NCBI RefSeq assembly: GCF_963676685.1
Contig: NC_092346.1
Span: 38,688,001-38,752,000, forward strand
Length of the DNA: 64,000 nt
Origin: Mytilus edulis
Lineage: Eukaryota
Direction: 5' to 3'
The translations under genes and the position numbers were made by a program. The notes under the pieces were generated by a model that made no database searches, was not told the origin of the DNA, and worked only from the letters and a program-made list of their open reading frames with translations. This document shows positions 47,951 through 61,620 of the stretch, piece after piece. Within the stretch, counting starts at the first letter, position 1; the number at the start of each line of letters is the position of its first letter.

Positions 47951-48435
47951 TATAAAAAAAGATGTGGTGGTATGATTGCCAAGGAGACAACTCTCCACAA
48001 GAGATCAAAATGACACAGAAATTAACAACTATAGGTCACCATACGGCCTTCAACAATGAGCAAATCCCAAACCGCATAGTCAGCTATAAAAGGCCCCGAA
48101 ATGACAATGTAAAACAATTCAATCGAGAAAACTAACTGCCTTATTTACATAAAAACAAATGATCGAAAAACAAATACGTAACACATAAACAAACAACCAC
48201 TGAAGTACAGGCTCCTGACTTCGGACAGGCACATACATGCATAATGTGGCGGGGTTAAACATGTTAGCGGGATCCCAACCTTCCCCCTAACCTGGGACAG
48301 TGGTATAACAGTACAAAATAAGAACGAACTATATTAAAATTAGTTGAAAAGGCTTAACTCATCAAAAAGACGCTAGGAACAGATCTGAAAGTACTCGCAG
48401 TTAACTGACAGCTAGTTCAAATCCACTAACAACTA
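47951..48435 (+). repeat. Abundant dispersed SINE-like repeat (AAGATGTGGTATGATTGCCAATGAGACAACT family), interrupting a minus-strand retrozyme copy
   Basis: Copies also at 48990-49520(-), 57345-57530, 58545-58700, 61660-61790(-), 63535-64000. Confidence 0.85.
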
Positions 48436-48989
48436 TATGACCATATCAACTATAATGACCATATCAATGATTATTCATGTCAACAAAGAAGTGCTGACTA
48501 CTAGGCCGGTGATACCCTCGGGGTAATAAAACTCCACTAGCAGTATCGATTATAGTTTATCCTGCATGTTGATGAACATGGAGGCGCATAATAGACAACC
48601 TATTCCGATAAATGACATAATTCGAAAGTGGTCTTGTAGGAGTTGGAGTTTCAAAATCAAACATTACGGAAACTGTTAATGCTGCATGGTCACAAGTATT
48701 CGCGCAATATATAAACATGCAAACGCGGTCTCGAAAAAAAACCCCTTAAATTCCCATCCCACGTATAAGAAGAGTTTAGTTAAACTAGTCCACAGTGGAA
48801 AAGGGTCTTCAAAAGTACTGTGAAAGTGGTTACTCGTGTTGTGGTATTAACCATTTATGGATTCCAAAAAAAATTGTAAAGAAAACTTAAATCTCAATCT
48901 TTCTCCGAAACTAGTTCTGTCAAAACGTTTGGTTTTGTTACATTATATATCACCATTGATAGTTTAGTCTTAGATGCATGATTTTTTTA

Positions 48990-49520
48990 TTAGTTGTTAG
49001 TGGCTTTGAACTAGCTGTCAGATAACTGCGAGTACTCTCAGATCTGTTCATTGTGTCGGAATGTATAAGTACCCGGCCACGTCTACTTGTATATTTGTCC
49101 ATCTGATGAGTTGAGCCTTTTTCAACTGATTTTTATAGTTCGTTCTTATGTTGTACTGTTATACCACTGTCCCAGGTTAGGGGAGGGTTGGGATCCCGCT
49201 TACATGTTTAACCCCGCTACATTATTTAAGTATGTGCCTGTCCCAAGTCAGGAGCCTGTAATTCAGTGGTTGTCGTTTGTTTATGTGTTACATATTTGTT
49301 TTTCGTTCATTTTTTTACATAAATAAGGTCGTTAGTTTTCTCGTTTGAATTGTTTTACATTGTCTTATCGGGGCCTATTATAGCTGACTATGCGATATGG
49401 GCTTTGCTCATTGTTGAAGACCGTACGGTGACCTATAGTTGTTAATGTCTGTGTCATTTTGGTCTTTTGTGGATAGTTGTCTCATTGGCAATCATACCAC
49501 ATCTTCTTTTTTTTTTATAT
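48990..49520 (-). repeat. Same SINE-like family, inverted copy
   Basis: Reverse complement of 47951-48435 and 63535-64000. Confidence 0.85.
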
Positions 49521-49659
49521 ATTCCCTATGTGAAATTAAAAAATTGTCAAAAAGAAATAATCCACAATGACCACAATGATTTTCACCATGAAAATGGTAC
49601 CATACGCTATAAATGTGTTAACAAAGGTTAAACTTGCTACACAGAGTAGCAAGTACTCA

Positions 49660-50760
49660 ATATGCTGAAATTTCTTACTGACAACATAATTGTTAAATTA
49701 GGAGGTGGACTTTTTCAACAAAATGTTGGCTTTCCCAAGGTAATGAAATGTGCGCCTTCACTTCTGACCTCTTCTTATTTTCACGTGAGTCAGAGTTTCT
49801 TCAGACACTTGTCAAAAAACAAGATATCAAAGAATCCAGATCTTTAAATTTCACATACTAAGTATATTGATGATGTTCTTAGCACTAACAATCCAAACTT
49901 TTCTGATTGGGTTCCATTGATATTTCTTCCTGACTAGAATTTATAGAAAAAACATACAGGGCTTCATCTGCCTCTTTTTTAGACTTGTACTTCGAATTTG
50001 ACATAAGCGGCCATCACAGTACTATAATCTATGACAAACGCGACAATTATAATTTTGAAATTGTCAATTTCCCCCACCTTAGTAGCAAAATACCATTATA
50101 ACTTGTTTGTAACTTCTTCTCAGACTTGGTTAAACGTCAACAGTGTCTGAGTAGAAAAGTTGATGAACACGGGGTATGTCTATAAAAGTTCATCGGAAGA
50201 TACCAACACCTTGTTTATTAATACTCCGTATCAACTTAATAAATAATACACGATGTTCTTGAAGCATTGATTCCAGCTACCATGACGTTGTTTATTATTT
50301 TAATAACGTGTTATGGTATTCTTTTATTTTTCTTTATAAATTATAACTTTTACTCCTTAGCCTATTTTCGGCAAGACCTATTTAACGTGGCTCGGTACTT
50401 GTTCATCCCGTCATTGTGTTGTTTTTCTATGGAAAAGTTTTGTATTGTCATACATTTTTGCTAGTATGATAGATAGAAGTTTTTTGTTTGTCTTTGTTAC
50501 ATATTTGCTTGTTTTTTGTAGTGATTAAGTTTATACCACAATGATGACTGCTTTACTCCTAATTTTGACATTTTACCTATGATGTCTGTTTATTTTGTTC
50601 ACGTGTCGTTGTCAATATTATGGAATTTTATGCGACTGACATTCAAATCAAGGGTTTTGCTACCTATAAAACCATGTTCAATCCATCATTTTCTACACAA
50701 GACAATGTATGTACCAAGTCAGGAATATGACAGTTGTTATCCATTGGTTTGAGCTTTTGA
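49660..50760 (+). mobile_element. Decayed Penelope-like RT fragment plus 3' repeat, same family as 26388
   Basis: MLKFLTDNIIVKLGG.LFQQ.VGFP...CAP, YIDDVLS, YDKRD; nucleotide similarity to 26388-27130. Confidence 0.8.
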
Positions 50761-51199
50761 TTATACCTTTGCCAATTCAGGTACTTCTTACTCGTAAACC
50801 TTTTTTTCCAGAACTGAGCTAGACGATATATTTGATTTAAAAGATAGGTCCAATTTCTCCTGAATTTAAAATTTGACGTAAAGTAAAAAAAAAAAAACAA
50901 TACCTGAAGTTAATGGTATGACAGGTTCATCTGTGTACAGATGTTACACAAATGATAATTATTAAAAATTGAGGCAGGACGGAATTTTGCAAATTTGTGT
51001 TATCACTAAATTGTTTTTAGAATACAAGTATTATATGTTTTTTTACGATAATTCCTAGCAATATTGTGACACAATCGCCTTCAGCACCATTCTGTAATAT
51101 AACTATATATAGAGCACCAAAATATCATTTAAAAATCACGGATATATAAAAAAAAAAAAAAAAAAAAAAACTTTTTATTGTATAAGCTGTTTGAGTTTA

Positions 51200-51512
51200 G
51201 AAAAAAGTAAAATCACAAAAATACTGAACTTAGAGAAAAATTAATTCGGAAAGTCCATAATCACATGGCAAAATCAAATAACAAAACGTATCAAAAACGA
51301 ATGGACAAGAACTGTCATATTCCTAACTTGGTACAACCATTTTCAAATGTAGAAAATGGTGGATTAAACCTGGTTCTATAGCGCTAACCCTCTCACTTTA
51401 ATGACAATCTCATCAAATTCCGTTATATTTACATTGATGCGTTAAATAAACAGACACAATAAATAAAATAGTCAAAATATGGGTACATCAGTCACCATCG
51501 TATAACAATTTA
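51200..51512 (-). repeat. Penelope 3'-end repeat (inverted copy of 34255-34520)
   Basis: Near-identical reverse complement. Confidence 0.85.
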
Positions 51513-53352
51513 TAAAGAATACATTTTTAGAATACAGTAAAATTATTCAACTTTCAAACATTGACCAGATTTATAGTCAAACAAATGCTGGAAAATTGGT
51601 ATATCTCCTGCTCGTCTAGTATATGTCTACCAATAACCACCAGGATGTTAGCTAACTAAAATCAATAGTTATAAAGACGATTCATGCATTTATATTTATA
51701 TTTATATGTCTGACATACGCAAGCGACTTAAGAAAATTTCTAGACTGTAAAACATTTTTATGTTTCATAAATATGTCCCCCCAATCAAAACAAAGCCGAC
51801 GAGACTATCAAGAAAAGTCATCATCTCTTTAACATAAATTATACAAAGTTGTGAATTGCATTAAATATGTAAATCCTTGAACTTATTTCGAACTGTTCAT
51901 ATTATATGTATAAGAACAGGTTATTCACCCGACATACCCCGATACATTTCAAATACATATATTATCATATACATGTACATCAAGGTAGATTTTTACTCTA
52001 TACCTATGGATTTAATTACTGGGGATGTAATTCAGGTTAATATTTAAATTTGAAATGTAACTTCATCGTGACATGTGCATGGTAAACAGCTTAAGTTCCA
52101 TTCTGTTGAAATGTTTTTTTAAACTAGTTAAAATTAGAATCTACCCTATATAAAAACAGGTAGGTTATGTCGTTATTGGTGATCTGAATAGTGAATAGTG
52201 CATGTTTTCAGAGCGACTGAAACCCGAGTTTTCATTTATTTAAATGTGCGTATATTCGGTTAAGGTTAGTTTACTTTAAAAGCTTGATCAATTTTCACAT
52301 GTCCTTTGCACTAGCTTGATGGAGATATATATCATTCTAATATGACGTGCTTCTTTAGCTTTGTAAACAACACTGTGATAAAATTATCGATAAAATATAC
52401 TTAGCGCAGACTCAGAGATATGCATAATAATGGCTGTTACAATTTCCTTCCCACGTAAATCTACATGTATTGGAACCTATTTGCAGATCCTTTGCCGATT
52501 TTATTGTTTTAAAAAGTGCAATTAAAAAAGACAAAATAACTTTTATTCTTATTCGTATGCATAATAAAAAGAAGTAATGCACAAGAGCTCGGAGAAATCA
52601 ACAAAATAAAAATTAAATAAAATTCCGCGAAAGTCTATTAATCTTTTTGGAGCATTTAAGTCATTTCAAAACATGACGTCATACAAATGAAACCGCTAAA
52701 CTTGAAAGTTTTCTGTTACGTGAACCATCGGAATTCTTATGATATTGTATTAAAACTGATTTTTTGAGGTAGGTTTTGTTTTATTTTCTATTCTATTGCA
52801 TTATTCGCATATTTACCCATTTCAGCAAGTCAACATGGCGGCTCATTAGTTACAAAATGTCAACTTTTGATTTGACGGAAGCTTACGAGAAAAACATGTA
52901 AATTAAAAATGACAAAAGTTGGGTTTGAGAACTTTAAGAATTAAAAAGTTTTTTTCTAGCAGTTGTTCTCGAAATAACCTACGCAAGTTACATATTTATA
53001 AAGATATTTGAGCTCTATCTAACAGGGAGTAAAAAAGAACAGCCACATAGACAGCATATCCACCCTCGCTTCAGTTTTTTAATGACCGTACTTGTCCTAT
53101 TAGCTAACGCTCAGGATAAAATTCGAATATCACGGCCCAGGCCATGTGTAAATTTCCAACAATCTATGGCTTCCATGAATTATTTCTTAACTTACCGGGG
53201 TATCATCAGCCCTTTTTTTTTAAATACTAAGAATTTTCTACCTCAGGAATAGATTACCATAGCTATATTTGACAAAACTTTTAGGAATTTCCGGTCTTCA
53301 ATACTCGTCAACTTCTACTTTATTTGGCCTTTTTAACATTTTTTTTATTCGA

Positions 53353-53396
53353 GCGTCACTGATGAGTCTTTTGTAGACGAAACGCGCGTCTGGCGT
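53353..53396 (+). ncRNA. Type I hammerhead ribozyme within a retrozyme-type repeat (~53195-53443)
   Basis: GCGTCA-CTGATGA-GTCT(TTTGT)AGAC-GAAA-CGCGCG-TC-TGGCGT: intact core, stem I 6 bp, stem II 4 bp, palindromic minimal stem III; cleavage predicted after C53390. Confidence 0.85.
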
Positions 53397-53681
53397 ATAT
53401 ATAAAATTTTAATCCTGGTATCTAGATCTATGATGAGTTTATTTAGTTGATTAATTAAAAACAACTAGAATATGTAGAAATTCTATTTATCTTCGAAAAG
53501 GGTTAATTAATCAAACTTGGTCAAGCTTCCTTAAATTTCCCAAACATCAACATCACATTCGTAGCAAATTAAAATTAATCAAACATTTTAAAATATGGTA
53601 ATATCCTCTCTTTACCGGCGAAAGAAAAAACCTAACCCTGTTGATGCAAGATTTAAAAATAATTAACGTTATGACGTAAGG

Positions 53682-53838
53682 TGATAACTGTATTTTAAGC
53701 TCCGACGGCATCAAATGGTGATTTGTAGGTCGCAAATTAAGTTTTCTGGCGACGCGTTAGCGGAGACAGTAAACAGGTAATTGCGACCATCAAATCACCA
53801 ATTGATGCCGTCGTAGCTAAAAATACAATATTGTTATC
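53682..53838. repeat. Foldback element / long hairpin
   Basis: AGCTCCGACGGCATCAAATGGTGATTTG..GGTCGCAA pairs with TTGCGACC..CAAATCACCAATTGATGCCGTCGTAGCT. Confidence 0.85.
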
Positions 53839-54469
53839 TCCATTCTAATGCAACAGGGACAGTCAAACTCATAAATCGAAAATAAACTGACAACTCCATG
53901 GCTAAAAATGAAAAAAAGACAAACAGAAAAACAATAGTACACATGACACAACACAGAACACTAAAATAATAAGCAACACGAACCCAACCAAAAACTAGGG
54001 ATGATCTCAGGTGCTCCGGAAGGATAAGCAGATATTGCTCCACATGAGGCAGGCACCCGTCGTGTTGCTCTTGTTAAATCGTCTAATTCGGTAGGTCACA
54101 TTTATGAAAGGGAAGGGGATTGTGGTTACGACGTAAGGAACATATCCGATATCATCTGTGAAACGGTTATTCCATAACGCCAACCAACTGAATGAAACTG
54201 ACAGAAAACAACGTAAAACCATACATTTGAAATATGCCTTACGTCGTCTGCGCATATTTTTGTAACGTTATCTAATCAAAATGAACGTTACAAGAGATAT
54301 TGCATTATAATAGGTTTTAACATTTTGAAGTCGCCAGTGAGGGATTCTTTTAATGTCGTTGTTTCCGAGTTTTTTTTTAAATTTATTTAGAAAGTTGCGT
54401 AGCCATATTCATTGATAAAAGAAGTGATAATTCTTATATTACCAGTAGATATTTTCATTGCTGAGAATT

Positions 54470-55085
54470 GAAAAGAGGAACGAAAGATATCTGAGGGACA
54501 GTCAAACTCATAGATTGAAAATAAACTGACAACGCCATGGTTAAAAATGAAAAGACAAAACAGACAAATAATAGTACAGAAGACAAAACATAGAAAACTA
54601 AAGACCAAGCAACACGAACGCCACCAAAAACTGGGGATGATCGCAGGTGCTCAACATGTGGCACCTGTCGTGTTGCGAATGTTATCACAAATCCGGTAAA
54701 AAGTTTAGTACGGTAGGTAACAATCGTGAAAATGGAAGTGTATTGCAGTTACGACGTAAGGAACATATCCGATATCATCTGTGAAACGGTTATTCATAAC
54801 GGTCAACCACCTCGTGATGGCGTCCGTGAAATTTACGAACTTCACCATTTGGAACTTTTGGTTTAATAGCCTCCTGGTGAGCAGCAATCCTCTATCAAGG
54901 AAATCATGATAGGAAATAAAAACCCGAGAATATCGTATCAATTGGGAGATATATACTCCGTATGCTGGCGTTGCTACATTGAAATGGAAAGTTCACAATT
55001 GGAAAGCTGAAATCATCTCTTATGTCATAAAGTTTTGTTTTCAACCGAACCTCATTGTCAATTTCTAGATGTAAGTCAAGATAAG
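54470..55085 (-). mobile_element. 5'-truncated Penelope-like element (second family)
   Basis: YLDLHLEIDNEVRLKTKLYDIRDDFSFPIVNFPF...AYGVYISQLIRYSR; followed by the shared 3' repeat. Confidence 0.8.
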
Positions 55086-55714
55086 CTGTTGTATATTTGT
55101 TAACAAACAAATTGACTTTTTGTTTCATATAAGAAGTTATAAATTCAAATAAAGAACTCATCATGAATTTCCTATGTATTATTTCTTGCCCGTTTTATCC
55201 AGGATAGATCAGCTGATTATAGTGTTTTTGTTCCTTATAAATCTGTAACGGACTTAATAATACTAAGACTAAGATTAAATTGAAATTTAATTGTCACAAA
55301 TTTTTAAGATGTAAAGGATAATTATATATTCGCGTGTTTGTTAGTTTATTTATTTCTTTGCAAACCGGAGTGCGATATAAGATGATCCGACTCTCTATGC
55401 TACGTGTATCTTTTGAGAAAAAGCCTGACTGGTGTTGACATGATGATAGATGTAAACAAAAAGACGAAAGCCCAAGTCAATCGTTTGAAGACTTGAATTA
55501 TCTTTCGGAAATGAAACAATAGAGAGGTTTAGCAAACGTTCGTGTGCGTGAACGCGTACGTGTAGAACAGAAGTACACGTACCCGTAAGTTTTTATTATG
55601 CCACGGTGTGTTTAGCAAAGTAGTACGTATACGTGTACGTGTAAAAGACGTAATGCAAAATATTATCTCATTGGTTGAAAGCAAAGAATAGTTGCCAATA
55701 AATGTCTTTGTTAT

Positions 55715-56767
55715 ATGTTTGATAAATATGGCGGAAACTTGAAAGTGTTAGCAGCTTTAGAAGACTCCGATGAATTACTGCTTTTGTCATTATGTAAAGA
55801 GGAAAAGGGCAACTTTCCAGGTATAGAAGTTGAAAAACTTACAAATGAACAGTGTCGATCTTTTTTTAGATTTGATAAAGATGATATTGAAATTCTTCGT
55901 CGCGCCCTGCGTATACCAGAGAAAGTTGTATGTAGTAATCGCACGACGGCAAGGGGTATTGATGGACTTTGCATGGTATTACGACGACTTGCCTACCCTT
56001 GTCGCCTTGAAGATCTAGAATATATATTTGGCAGATCAAAAACAGAACTTTCTCTCATTATCAATGAAGTTCTCGATTACATACATGACAATCATTGTCA
56101 TCTCCTTTCAGACTTCAACATGAGTTGGCTCTCACAAGAGTGTTTAGAACGTTTTGCAGGTGCGGTTTTCGATCGTGATGGGCCTTTAGATAGCTGCTAG
56201 GGTTTTATCGACGGTACTGTTAGACCAATATGCAGACCACAGGAAAACCAAAGACTTGTGTTTAATGGCCACAAAAGGTCACATGCCTTGAAAGTTCAAA
56301 GCATTGTTACCCCTAATGGGATCATCTCAAACTTGTTTGGTCCCATAGAAGGACGTCGACATGACGCAGGAATGTTACGTGAAAGTGACATTTAAGCACA
56401 AATGAGGTTCCATATGACAACTCCACAGGGGAGAATATTTTGCATCTATGGTGACCCGGCATATCCGGTGACTGATGGATATATAATTGCACCATTCAGA
56501 GGCGGAGTCATCTCCAGGAATCAAATGATTTTCAACAAAAGAATGTCAGCAGTACGCATTTGTGTGGAGTGGGCTTTTGGGAAAGTTTTGTCATTATTTG
56601 CATTTCTAGACTACAAGAAAAATCTAAAGTTATATCTGCAACCCGTGGGAAAGTATTACAAAGTAGCAGTTCTACTGACAAATTGTCATACCTGTCTTTA
56701 TGGCAGTGAAACCGGGATATTTTTCGATGTATCACCACCAACATTAGAGGAATACCTATTGGGCTGA
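55715..56767 (+). pseudogene. Harbinger (HARBI1-like) DDE transposase with two in-frame stops
   Basis: LRRLAYPCR, C*GFIDGT, GRRHDA, YGDPAY, RICVEWAFG in one frame of 351 codons; TAG 56198-56200 and TAA ~56393. Confidence 0.9.
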
Positions 56768-57060
56768 CAATTTTCCCAATGTTTCCAGATGGCAAATAAT
56801 TATCGTTATTGCTTTTTAATCATTTTGACGTTTCATTGAAGAGCTGATAAAAATTAAATGTTAAGTTTGTCTTAAATTTGTTAAATAGTTTTAAAAAAAC
56901 CCAAACAATTATCATATACTTGTTGTTGCCTTTTGTGTTCTTTGTATATTCCTAAAGATGACATATAGTTTACTTTTGCGGCAACTCTTAAAAATAAAAT
57001 GTTTCAGCCCTATTTAATTGTACCTTGTCTGATCATGACTTTTGTGCTGACCAAGTTTTG

Positions 57061-57210
57061 TTACTGACAACACTTTTAGGGTAATGACACATTACTGATA
57101 ATACCCCTAGGCTAGTGCCAAATTAATGACAACACCCCTAGGCTAGTGACATGTTACTGACAACAGCCCATGGCTAGTGAATGACACATTACTGACAACA
57201 CACCTAGGTT
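57061..57210. repeat. ~31-bp minisatellite, about 5 units, between the Harbinger genes
   Basis: TTACTGACAACACCCCTAGGCTAGTGACACA-like units. Confidence 0.75.
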
Positions 57211-57956
57211 AGGCACACGTTGTGTGCGAAATGCGGAGGATTTAGCAAGAAGCAGAACCTCATTACCCTTACAGAACAACAAATATCATTCCTGTTTTTC
57301 ATGCTCCTTGATTTCCATTTGTTTTTAGTTTAATACGTATTGAATATAAAAAAAATCTACGATTGCCAATGAGACAACTCTCCACAAGAGACCAAAATGA
57401 CGCAGAAAAAAATTAACAACTATAGGTCACTGTTCGGCCTTCAACAATGAGCAAAGCCCCTACCGCAAAGTCAGCTGTTAAAGGCCTCGAAATGACACTG
57501 TAAAACAATTCCAACGACACAACTAATGAGTCCTTGAGTGTCTTGTTGAAAGGTTTTTCTTTTTGAGAATTGATTGACCTTGTTTTAATATCATTTCGGT
57601 TGTCTACTTCTCTTTTGACATACTCTCATAGTTCGATGTATTCATAGTAATACACATTACAATTCGGAAAGAATGTAGATAGGTATCTCTTGGTTTATCA
57701 TCTTATAAGTAAGCAACATGTAATACCACTATCCAAACTAGAACTGTGATTAAAATATTTCAGGAAACCTCCGGCCCAACCCTTTTCTCAAATTAAAATT
57801 GCTAGAGTGATTTCTTCTTTATGCATACCAGTCATGGCCACACAGTAAACCACATTAAGACACTGTAAAACAACAAATATTATAAGATACAGTTTTTCAT
57901 AATAAGTTGTGTTAATATATTTATTATGATTGATGATTTGAAATATGGCTTCTCTA

Positions 57957-59811
57957 TTAATGTCTGTCACCTAAACATTTTTTCAGCAGCTCAAACATAA
58001 GTGTTTTTTCTTGTTTGTCATTTTCCAATTTCTGCATCCTTTCATGTTTCTCTAGTTTGAACTTTTCCTCCTCCAATTGAAGTTGCTGTTTTTTAACTTC
58101 AAGTTCTTGCCTTCTATATATCAAATCGGCATCATTTTTTTCTTTTAGATATCCAACTATATTTCCGGAACTGTTTCTCTTTGATGGGGTGGCATCGTTA
58201 GAATCATCATCACCTGAAATATAGACATAATTTGTTAAAACATGTGTTAGGTTTTGGGCTTTTAAATAGTTGGTCCAGGAGTATCATTGGAGACAGAAGA
58301 GACATTAAATTTTGGACCATTGTTTTGATGTTTATAAAATTTAGAATGGTATTGGGGGAATATGTGAAAGAGACAACAACCCTACCAAAGAGCAGATAAC
58401 AAAGTTTGGAACAAACCAGCTACAGCCTGAGCCTATACTCTCAGTTGTGATTGTTCCTTAACGTTCGAGACTAATTGGCCGTCTTAAACTATATGTTTAC
58501 TTGCTGACTGTGTCATCTCTGTATATCACATGCTATATATATATAATAAGGAAGATGTGGTATGATTTCAAATGAGACATTTCTCCACAAATGACCAAAA
58601 TGACATTAAAATTAACAACTATAGGTCACCGTAGGGCCTTCAACAGAGAGCAAAGCCTATCACAAATAGCCAGCTTTAAAATGCCCTGAAATGAAATATG
58701 CTGTTACCCACCTACGCGCTATGCCATTTGTCCTTGAATTGACGAAATACATAGTTACTTACCACCCCTCCCCTTCCTCAATAAATAAAAGCAACCTGTA
58801 AAAGATATAGGAACTATTATTTAAACACTACACAAATAGGTCATGTTATAAGATAAGAAGTATGTACCTTTCTTAGGAGTTAAGTTTTCCATTGCTCTTT
58901 TTCTAATTTCTTTTCCCCGATTTTCTTCTGTTTCCTTTTTCTCTTTCTGTTTCTCTTTCTGTTTTTCCTCATCCTCCACCAATGAAAGAATTTCATCCAG
59001 TAAAGTTTCTTTCTCTCCATACTCTTCATCAATCCCTGAACTGGAATAATAATATAAAGTTGTTATAAAATTAACAAGAACACTTACGTCACATGCAAAT
59101 TTTGTAAAAAAGAAATGTTTTTTTTCGAATTTATGTTTTGAATTTCCAACCAGATTAATAAGTATTTCAAAATTTAGTTATAATATAAACATTGCTATGA
59201 TTTTTTATATTTAACATTTTTTTTTTATTTCACAGTTCATGAAGACTTGATAATACCATAATTAGTATAAACTAAAATATTAGAATCTGACAATTGCAAA
59301 ATCTATTTGCAACATTTCAAATTGTACCAACTTATTTGTAAAAAAACTACACACAAATGGAAGTATGGCTGCATATGATATACATTTTAAAACAGACTTG
59401 TTTGCACTAAAAATTGCTTTAGTGATTTTTGAGGAATAAGGAGAGGGAAGCAGCAATGAGGCGGAAGGGATCTCGAGAGAACGGATAAGAAAAAAGGCTT
59501 AAACACTTTCTACCTTGACAAATGCTTGAATAAATTATAAAATGGTTATAAACTTAAAAGCATAAATACCTCTTCAAAGAGTCAGCATTGCTTTTTTTAT
59601 GCTGATCTATCAGCAAATGTGTTCTCTCCCGGACGCGTCTTGCATCCACCTGCAGATTAGATCTGGTATCTGCTACGGCTGATGCTATCTCGTTCCAGGC
59701 AGACTTGTTCTGAAATGGATTTTTAGCCAGGACCTCTCTCAGTAGAACCAGGTCATCTTTTGTCTGGAATCTGACTTGTTTTTTTCTACTGCCACTAGTG
59801 AAAGATGTCAT
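57957..59811 (-). CDS. Harbinger Myb/SANT-like DNA-binding + coiled-coil protein, 3 exons (59811-59570, 59040-58868, 58213-57957), 223 aa
   Basis: RFQTKDDLVLLREV..NPF..W..IA...RERTHLL; SGIDEEY.E.E.LLDEI; GT-AG sites, 672 nt in frame. Confidence 0.87.
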
Positions 59812-60512
59812 ATTTGCAGTTTCTAAAAAGGGACAAACAAATTTCAAGAGTTACAAAAATAGTTGATCAACCCCCCTTTTCACTGAAATAAAAAATATTT
59901 AAAGCACCAAAAGCGGGGCTTCTCCTTAATAGTTTAGATCTGCAAGTATTTCAAGACTCTTATGAATTTGCAATTTTCTCATTCAATCGTAAAAGACACA
60001 ATTTGACAGCATCATTAGTTCACGCACCTGCTCACGCCACCCCCCCTTTTTTAACAAACTTAAAATCAGTGAATTTGCTTCTTGAAATGATTCTAAACTG
60101 CAGAACTATTCGTCGCCGAACATGTTCACTATAGGGTAACTATAAAATAATTTTAGAAGTTATTATAATGTAATTTTTGGATACTTGAAAAACCTTCAAT
60201 ATGCCGCCATTTTCCGTCAAATACGTCCCACATTCACGTTCCATCCTGATGTCATAGAAACGTTTTAATGACTCAAAATACTTTTAATACTTCAAGTACA
60301 TTCTATTGTTCCTGTACATATTCAATTTTATTCACGAATATAATTGTTTTAAGAAAAATAATCCACAAGTTCTTACCTTCGTGTAGCCGCCGCTTTACAG
60401 TTGTCCCTGACTTGTACGTTTCACCGCCAGGCAAAATCAATGACGTAATACGCAGGAAATTGGGTGGTTTCCCTAGCCACACGTACATGTTCCGATGCTA
60501 AACCTCTCTAAT

Positions 60513-61620
60513 ATAATAATATAGCAATATAATTTCAACATCATACCCTTGGACATCAGGATGACGAGATGCCTTTGTGTATTTTTAATTGATGTGTGTG
60601 TGTTTCCACTGCCTGATTCAGCAAGAACCCATGCTTTCACACCCCATCTGTGCTCTTTTGTAAGCAATGTACTGCCTTTGAAACCAATCATTCTTTCATC
60701 AATGCAAACATTTTGCGAAAGTCTGAAATAATTCAATATGTTGTATATACATACATTTCTACCAATTTATTGATATAATACTGTGAATGAATTGAAGTAA
60801 TAATGAGTTTCTAATTTTAAGTATTTGAAAATGGGAAAAAATCATAATCTTGTTACGGTATATGAGTTAAGTTTTCTTGATCAGTAAAAATTAAAGATAA
60901 ATGACTTTTACTAAATTTTCCTTGATAAATAGTAGTAATTGAATTTTGAAAAACCAAGATTGAAGAAAAACAAACCATTATATTGTGTAGCTTTGCGTAT
61001 TATCATTTTTGTATTTGTTTTTTACATTTTCCATTTCTTTTCTACAGCTTCGGTGTTTTTGGCAAATTACAATATGTGCTCTGCATCCTGGCCACATATT
61101 TTTTATTCAACCTCATAAAGGAACAGTTGATCCTTTCAAAGTTACTGAAAGGTTTGTATGGCTAGAATATAGTTTTATAATTGTAAATGTAAAAAAGTAT
61201 ACGTGGCGTTTCAATTACCAAAATCTTGATACACACTTGATGAAACTTTTAGAGATGAAACAACTACTTTATTGTTGTTCTTCATGCCAAGGCACTGCTA
61301 AATCTTCAATAAGTAAAAAAGGTTTATATACTCTATCGAAGTAAAAGAAGGAACCTAGCACCTGTATTAATACATGGAATTTTAGGCTAAATGTCAACAT
61401 TTGAACATTTGAAAGAAAAAAAACTAAGATGCGGTGTTGCGGGTTGCGGAGTATTATCACGAATAACAAAACTACATCGGTCAAAATATTGTGCAGTAAT
61501 GTCAAAAGACAACAACTTTGAAAAAGTTGTTTTAATTTGATTTATTTGCAGAAATGAGAGTGTTACACAAAGTGACAAAACATGAATAATGGCAAATTGA
61601 TGATTCTAATGACGAAATGA
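60513..61620 (-). pseudogene. piggyBac transposase relics
   Basis: NVCIDERMIGFKG...HRWGVKAWVLAESGSG (60736-60590); weaker LSFLQIN near 61550. Confidence 0.65.

Larger units (their letters stand above)
55521..60509. mobile_element. PIF/Harbinger DNA transposon, complete, two convergent genes
   Basis: Perfect 14-bp TIR AGAGAGGTTTAGCA; 3-bp TSD AAT on both sides; transposase plus Myb/SANT gene. Confidence 0.92.

Noticed and set aside
57061-57210. CRISPR-like array
   Set aside because: Contiguous degenerate tandem units without unique spacers; eukaryotic context, no cas genes.
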